A stretch of DNA of 64,000 nucleotides from an uncultured virus (IMG/VR IMGVR_UViG_3300044724_006669) (Duplodnaviria > Heunggongvirae > Uroviricota > Caudoviricetes): positions 1-64,000 of the IMG/VR virus record IMGVR_UViG_3300044724_006669; one strand, written 5' to 3'. Below the pieces are notes generated by a model. The model saw nothing but the letters and a program-made list of their open reading frames with translations, made no database searches and was not told the DNA's origin. How positions within the stretch are numbered: position 1 is the first letter of the stretch; each line of letters begins with the position of its first letter. Shown here one piece after another: positions 58,795 to 64,000 of this stretch. Made by a program: the position numbers and the translations under genes.

Positions 58795-61083
58795 CTACGT
58801 ATTTGTGGTATTATTTTGTGCATCAAATTCAGCTTCAAATGCCGCAGTTTCGTCATCCACTCCATTGACTTTCTTACTTGTAACTACACTTGCTACCGCA
58901 GTGTCAATTGAACTTCTTACTGTTGTACTCACTACGCCTCCACTGCTAGTTGAAAATCCTTGTACTTCGTTACTCAATTTTTGTTGTGCTAATTGTATTG
59001 AATACTGACCGCCTCTTACAACTTTATTCATTTCAGAACTGGTAATTTTTGTACTGTTACTTCCACTAAATGTTTCTCCTAGTGTTGCGGCACCATCTTG
59101 CCATTTTTTAACTGCGTCTGCTCCAAATTTACTTGCACCACTAACCAAACCGCCTAGTGCAGATTCATCTTCTAGGCCGGTTACTATTCCTGCATTCTGC
59201 AACTCGCCTAATCCTTTGTTGAATAAATCTGTTTTGGTTACATCTTGTAATGTTTCGTTGTTTAAAAAATCACTAAGTCCATTAACACCTTGTGAACCAG
59301 TCCACACACTTGCACTACTTAAAACAGTGTTTAGGTCAGCAGTAGCATCCTTGAGAAAGAACTCTGCAGTTCCTGGTTTCAACAATCCTCCTTTTTCTAA
59401 TTCAGTTGCACTAAAACCAAATTTTCCAACACCGTTAGCATTGGATATTTCATTGAAATCCTGAGGAACCAGTTTGCTAGATTGTGCTACCATACTGGTT
59501 ACTTTTTCAGGTGGTATTTTACCAACGTTTGTTTTTACCTGCGATTGTTTTTCATAATCTGCTTCTGTAACACTATCAATTTCTGTTGATTCTGCTTTGG
59601 TTACTGCGTCCTGAGTTTTTGGATCCAAAGGAACTTGCTCAGCAGGTGATTCTAAACTGGTACTAGTATTGACACCAGTGCCTCTTTCTGCGTAAGGCTC
59701 ATGTGTAGGAGCTCTAGTAACAATTGTTTCAATTGCATTTGGTTCTGGTATCCAACCTTGTTGAGGAGAAAATTTTGTATCTGCTAATCTTAACTTAGGT
59801 ATCTCAACAGTTTTACTCACTGGTGGAGCTGATCCACTATTCAGTTTTATACATCCTGCTTCAAGTGTGAGTCCAGTGCCTGCACCCCATCCACCTGTTC
59901 GACTGTTTAGATTTAAACTGCCATCACTTTTGATTCCCACTGAGCTTTTACTATAAGCCAAAATACTATTTGTGCCAGTAAGGCTTAGACTGCCTGTTTC
60001 AAGACTCATTGCTCTTTTTGCAAAAATGTTAACACTTCCAAGTTCACTGGCTATGTTTATATTTCTATCAGCATGCATGTTTAGTTCGCCAGCACTTCTA
60101 ATATTTAGACTGTTTGATGCATATAGATCAATGGTGCCTTCTTTTCCTAGTTCTATCCAGGTTTGTCCGTTTGCATGCATAATGTGAATTGTTTGATTGT
60201 CAGCAGTATCGTTCATCATTATTTGATGACCTGCACTGGTGCGTATTCTTGTTAGGTTATCTTCGCCGGCAAGATCTCCGTCATCCATTACCAAACTGTG
60301 TCCACCTTTACGTGCAATTATGGTGGTTTCATTTGCTTGAAGTGTACTGCTTGCCACCTTGGCCGCTATTTGAGCATCCGTTAGTCCACCTTGATACACT
60401 GGTCTGCCAGCAGTGCTTATTCCAAATACTGTGCTTGGTGATTCACGTTGACTATTTGAACCAATAGGCCCGATCAAGGGATCTGCTATAACTCCTTGAG
60501 AGAGCATTTGCCCAGCTAAAACACTGTGTACTGGTTTGGTCTCATTAAAAAATCTTGGATTTTCTGCTATTGCCTCATTGGAATTGTTAATCTCCACCAC
60601 TGGTAGTTTTGCTTTATTAGCAAACAATGGTGAATTGCTATCATCGACATATTTCTTGCTTGACCCTATGGCCGGAACCATGTGATTAAGTCCAGGAGAT
60701 ATTGGCATACCTACATAGTAGCCTTTGTTTGGATCACCGTCAGCAAAGAAGCAAAGTACTTTTGTTCCAAGATCTGGTGGTGTTCCAAAAAAACCATATG
60801 CATGATTATTACCGGTAAAACTACCTGGACCAGTTGGTTGTTGAGCACTCTGTTGAGTATAACCATAGTATGGTGAAATATAACTTACAGTACGCCATAG
60901 ATCTTTATTATTTTTATCGTCTCCAGAAATATATTCGATGTAAACCTGTAATCTTCCTGCTCTAGTAGGATCAATGTTGTTTACCACTTCACCAAGAAAT
61001 GGTCCTGATTCAGCCGGAGTACCGCCTTTGGATATCTTGTATGCTCCAGGGACGCCTCTGCTTCTTTGATAATTCTCTGCCAT
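58795..61083 (-). CDS. Baseplate hub/spike (gp5/VgrG OB-fold and beta-helix)
   Basis: DPTRAGRLQV, YGF...PPD.GT.V, GHSLVMDD, RIRTSAGHQI, beta-helix repeats, PTHEPY. Confidence 0.8.
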   Translation of the reverse strand: MAENYQRSRGVPGAYKISKGGTPAESGPFLGEVVNNIDPTRAGRLQVYIEYISGDDKNNKDLWRTVSYISPYYGYTQQSAQQPTGPGSFTGNNHAYGFFGTPPDLGTKVLCFFADGDPNKGYYVGMPISPGLNHMVPAIGSSKKYVDDSNSPLFANKAKLPVVEINNSNEAIAENPRFFNETKPVHSVLAGQMLSQGVIADPLIGPIGSNSQRESPSTVFGISTAGRPVYQGGLTDAQIAAKVASSTLQANETTIIARKGGHSLVMDDGDLAGEDNLTRIRTSAGHQIMMNDTADNQTIHIMHANGQTWIELGKEGTIDLYASNSLNIRSAGELNMHADRNINIASELGSVNIFAKRAMSLETGSLSLTGTNSILAYSKSSVGIKSDGSLNLNSRTGGWGAGTGLTLEAGCIKLNSGSAPPVSKTVEIPKLRLADTKFSPQQGWIPEPNAIETIVTRAPTHEPYAERGTGVNTSTSLESPAEQVPLDPKTQDAVTKAESTEIDSVTEADYEKQSQVKTNVGKIPPEKVTSMVAQSSKLVPQDFNEISNANGVGKFGFSATELEKGGLLKPGTAEFFLKDATADLNTVLSSASVWTGSQGVNGLSDFLNNETLQDVTKTDLFNKGLGELQNAGIVTGLEDESALGGLVSGASKFGADAVKKWQDGAATLGETFSGSNSTKITSSEMNKVVRGGQYSIQLAQQKLSNEVQGFSTSSGGVVSTTVRSSIDTAVASVVTSKKVNGVDDETAAFEAEFDAQNNTTNT

Positions 61084-61093
61084 CTATTTCCTT

Positions 61094-64000
61094 TTACTTA
61101 AAAAGTGAACTCTTGTTTACACCGCCTCCTGAGCTGCCTACAACTTTTGCACCTCTTGCTTTGGCATTTTCTGCTCTCTGTCTTGCTTGTCTGCGTTTCT
61201 TAGCAAATAAACTTTCTTGTAACGGACTAGTTTTAGTTCCAGCATCGTCACTTACAGTGTTACTTCCTGGTTTGGGTTGAACAGGAGGCTGAACAACTGT
61301 ACCAGAACGTGGTTGCCAATCTGATTCTCCTGGTGTAACGTCTGCATCATCTGAATAATTTACAGTTGAATCAGGCAACTTAGCAATCTTATTAGTGACA
61401 TCATTATTTACTGTTGCACTCGAGTAGGGTTGCGTATTTGTCTTACTACCATTGACAGTAGCAGTTTTAAAATTTCCAGCCCTTGGGTCTTGACCAGCAG
61501 TTGGTTGAACTTGTCTACCACTACGTGCTCCAGGAGGGATAACATTTTTGCTAGGTCTTACTGAATCTCCTGCTCCGCCGAATGCATCCAATCCTGGTTC
61601 TTCTACAACATTTTTCTCAATCTGTTTTTGTTTTGGACTGTTTACTGCATTGTCAAACATTCTTGCTACACCTTGAATTGATTGTGTAAACTTACCATCA
61701 GCCAGTTTATTTGTAACATTAGTGGCAGCATACACTAAACTTTCAGCGGCTAGGTTTTTTTCTCCTGTGATTTTACTGTCAGAGTTTTCAGAGTTTACAG
61801 GTGTCTCTCCAGTGGCCATGTTGTAGTCCACTGGTCGATTGAAACGTATTTCAAAAAGTACTTCGCCAGCGTTGCCATTTACACTTCCATCAGGTTCAAA
61901 TGCCTCTAGGTTACCGGCACTATAAAACAATTCACTTTGCATGATAAAATCTGGATCACCTACTATAGTAAGATCAGCTTTGGAAACATCAGCTGGTGAA
62001 TACAACCTTGATGCCAATTGAGCAGCCGGTCGGCCAGCATCGCCTGAAGCACCTTGTGTACTAGAATCTGGTGCACTTTGAAAAAATCTTTTTTCAGCAA
62101 ATCGTGCATCGTTTCCAACTGCTACATCTTCATCTGTGATTAGTCCATCTTTGCCCATTATAGTAACAAAGTTTGATTTAACTTCTATGTCAAAATCTAA
62201 AACTTCTGTGTTCAACCCAGTAAACCAATAATTGTATATCTTGTGAGCACCTCGATACATTGCGGGTGGAAAATAAGGTGATCGTGGTGTGTTAATTTGA
62301 TATCTTGAGATTCTATAGGTTATTTGATAAGCATAATCGTTGCGTATCTTGCAATATTCTTTTGGAGCAGCTAACTGGGTAATTCTGTACCATTGTACAG
62401 TTCTCACAGGTGGATTACGTATTTCTTTGTTGGTTATTTCGTCAAATGCAATGGTTTGTTGAGCAGTTACATATGTAGAATTTTTTAACACTTGATCAAT
62501 TAATTGTATAATCTGTGTCCCAGCACTAATACTATACTCTTTGGTTTGCTTGTCAAGAGATACTTTTTCCATGTTTTTTTGTTGATTTGCATCGCTTGAT
62601 TTTTGCATTGTAGTTTTTGTAAGATTTGTTCTACCTTGCTTGTTCATTTTAGCATCAATCAATCCAGGTACATCTTCAATTTCGATTATATATTCGTCGG
62701 GTATCATACCATTCTTTTTGGCCAGTTCACGTTGATGCTGATTCAGTGCATCACACAATCCTGATGTTACAGTTCTGTCTTGAAGCCCAAGTTTACCTGC
62801 ACGTTGTTGTTCGACTGTAGTTACTTCTTCAGTGGTTGTTGAAGTTACTCTGTTTCGATTTGGAGGTCCACCAGTAAGACCACTGCTGGTTGTAGTGGTA
62901 ACTATAGGAACCAATGGTACTAGTTCGCTGTTGCCGTTAAGCAACTTCTTGACGGTTGATGCACTAAGTTGAAAGTTAAAAGGTATGCTACCTCGTGCAG
63001 TTGAATAGCCAACAATATTCTGTGGAGTTGCACAATTACAACTGTAGACCACTGCTTTATTGTTAATCTTATAATTGATATCGTTAAACTGAAACGGAAT
63101 AAACTTTTCAACCAATGCCTCTGGATCACTGGTGCTTTCTAGCTCAGATATTTCATTGCCAGTTGCTGATGGAAGTTCATTTTTGGTTACCAAATTTCCA
63201 AATTCGTCATAGCCATAGAAACGTATAACCATCAAGTATGTTTGTGCATTGATATTAACTCCAGGCTCCTGCACATGATCAGTTACTGCTTTTTTTAATC
63301 TTTCAAGGAACGTAATACCTTGTGGTTCAAGAATATCAAAATTCAATTTTGTAACATTATGAGGTGCTCCTGACCCTTGACTGCCTAGCACTGTTTCAAA
63401 CTCTATATTTTCAATATAGAAATCAACATCAAAATATTTGTTACGTTCTTCTGCTTTGGCACCACCGCTTTGCAATATCAGTTGTCTAGTTGGCAATGTT
63501 TTTTTATCTGTTCCTAAAAATTGTACATACTCTGATCTATTCATCATGTAGATGGATACACTATAGGTTTGACTAGCAAGTCCTAGTAGAGGGTTTGGTG
63601 ATGCTTTTATTGGTTTTAAAAATTCTTCTGCAACGCTGGTACGTCCTTCAACTCCGTCTGCATTGATAGCATTTCCAACATTGTTTCTCTTGACACTGAA
63701 TGCATCATCTCCAGGAGCTACTTCTACTTTTCCGCCAGCACCGCCACCACCAGGACCTGTTCCTGTGTTAAGATCATTACCACTTAGCGGAGTTACAGAA
63801 CCTCCAGTTGCAGAAGCAACTGCTGATGTCTGAGTTTGTCCAATTTTTTTAATTGTTGCTCCGCCGCCAACTGTTGATGTGGCTCCGCTGCCTTTTAGGT
63901 CGCCAAGTTGATCAAGTTCATCATTATCAAGAATCGATCTACGTGCATTGGTTGGTTTATTTTTGCTTTCAAGATTAGGAATTATTTGGTCTATATCAGT
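61094..64000 (-). CDS. Baseplate hub protein (gp27-like), 5' partial
   Basis: The frame stays open from 63547 to the window end. NPL..ASQTY, F.I.EPQG..FL, LTIVGDPDFI, GKFTQ.I; lies just upstream of the gp5-like gene. Confidence 0.6.
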   Translation of the reverse strand, partial: TDIDQIIPNLESKNKPTNARRSILDNDELDQLGDLKGSGATSTVGGGATIKKIGQTQTSAVASATGGSVTPLSGNDLNTGTGPGGGGAGGKVEVAPGDDAFSVKRNNVGNAINADGVEGRTSVAEEFLKPIKASPNPLLGLASQTYSVSIYMMNRSEYVQFLGTDKKTLPTRQLILQSGGAKAEERNKYFDVDFYIENIEFETVLGSQGSGAPHNVTKLNFDILEPQGITFLERLKKAVTDHVQEPGVNINAQTYLMVIRFYGYDEFGNLVTKNELPSATGNEISELESTSDPEALVEKFIPFQFNDINYKINNKAVVYSCNCATPQNIVGYSTARGSIPFNFQLSASTVKKLLNGNSELVPLVPIVTTTTSSGLTGGPPNRNRVTSTTTEEVTTVEQQRAGKLGLQDRTVTSGLCDALNQHQRELAKKNGMIPDEYIIEIEDVPGLIDAKMNKQGRTNLTKTTMQKSSDANQQKNMEKVSLDKQTKEYSISAGTQIIQLIDQVLKNSTYVTAQQTIAFDEITNKEIRNPPVRTVQWYRITQLAAPKEYCKIRNDYAYQITYRISRYQINTPRSPYFPPAMYRGAHKIYNYWFTGLNTEVLDFDIEVKSNFVTIMGKDGLITDEDVAVGNDARFAEKRFFQSAPDSSTQGASGDAGRPAAQLASRLYSPADVSKADLTIVGDPDFIMQSELFYSAGNLEAFEPDGSVNGNAGEVLFEIRFNRPVDYNMATGETPVNSENSDSKITGEKNLAAESLVYAATNVTNKLADGKFTQSIQGVARMFDNAVNSPKQKQIEKNVVEEPGLDAFGGAGDSVRPSKNVIPPGARSGRQVQPTAGQDPRAGNFKTATVNGSKTNTQPYSSATVNNDVTNKIAKLPDSTVNYSDDADVTPGESDWQPRSGTVVQPPVQPKPGSNTVSDDAGTKTSPLQESLFAKKRRQARQRAENAKARGAKVVGSSGGGVNKSSLFK

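Noticed and set aside
1..64000. CRISPR array, tRNAs, integrase/transposase, introns/inteins, stop-codon reassignment
   Set aside because: None seen by eye; genes tile with the standard code and are uninterrupted.

Overview
AT-rich, gene-dense segment of a large tailed dsDNA phage with a T4-like/jumbo myovirus-type baseplate. The host is probably a marine proteobacterium (inferred from rpoZ-, metK- and sufT-like genes; not proven). Three zones. (1) 1-11.6 kb, + strand: early/accessory genes behind repeated sigma70-type promoters: an autotransporter-like beta-barrel, a glycine-zipper protein, an RNA polymerase omega homologue, a MoxR-type AAA ATPase with its vWA-metallopeptidase partner, a stand-alone Smr protein and thyX. 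Two unannotated GC-rich, strongly base-paired intergenic elements (1283-1432, 2253-2442) look like structured RNAs. (2) 11.6-38 kb: a ~26 kb sugar/small-molecule modification island: two NAD epimerases, a DegT aminotransferase, an amidinotransferase, a carbamoyltransferase, an FkbM methyltransferase, an SGNH hydrolase, a 2OG-Fe(II)-like oxygenase, about eight glycosyltransferase-like proteins in three paralog families, and five radical-SAM enzymes. It also carries its own SAM synthetase, MTA/SAH nucleosidase and SufT-like Fe-S maturation factor. (3) 38-64 kb, - strand: virion/baseplate module (gp27-like, gp5-like, gp25, gp6, a 4490-aa FG-GAP-containing protein, a fibre with a Peptidase_G2-like C-terminus) with TAAATA late-type promoters. 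The best candidates for an undescribed system are the self-supplied radical-SAM/glycan island next to the tail genes and the two structured RNAs next to the omega gene. All calls come from motif recognition by eye; no searches or folding programs were run.
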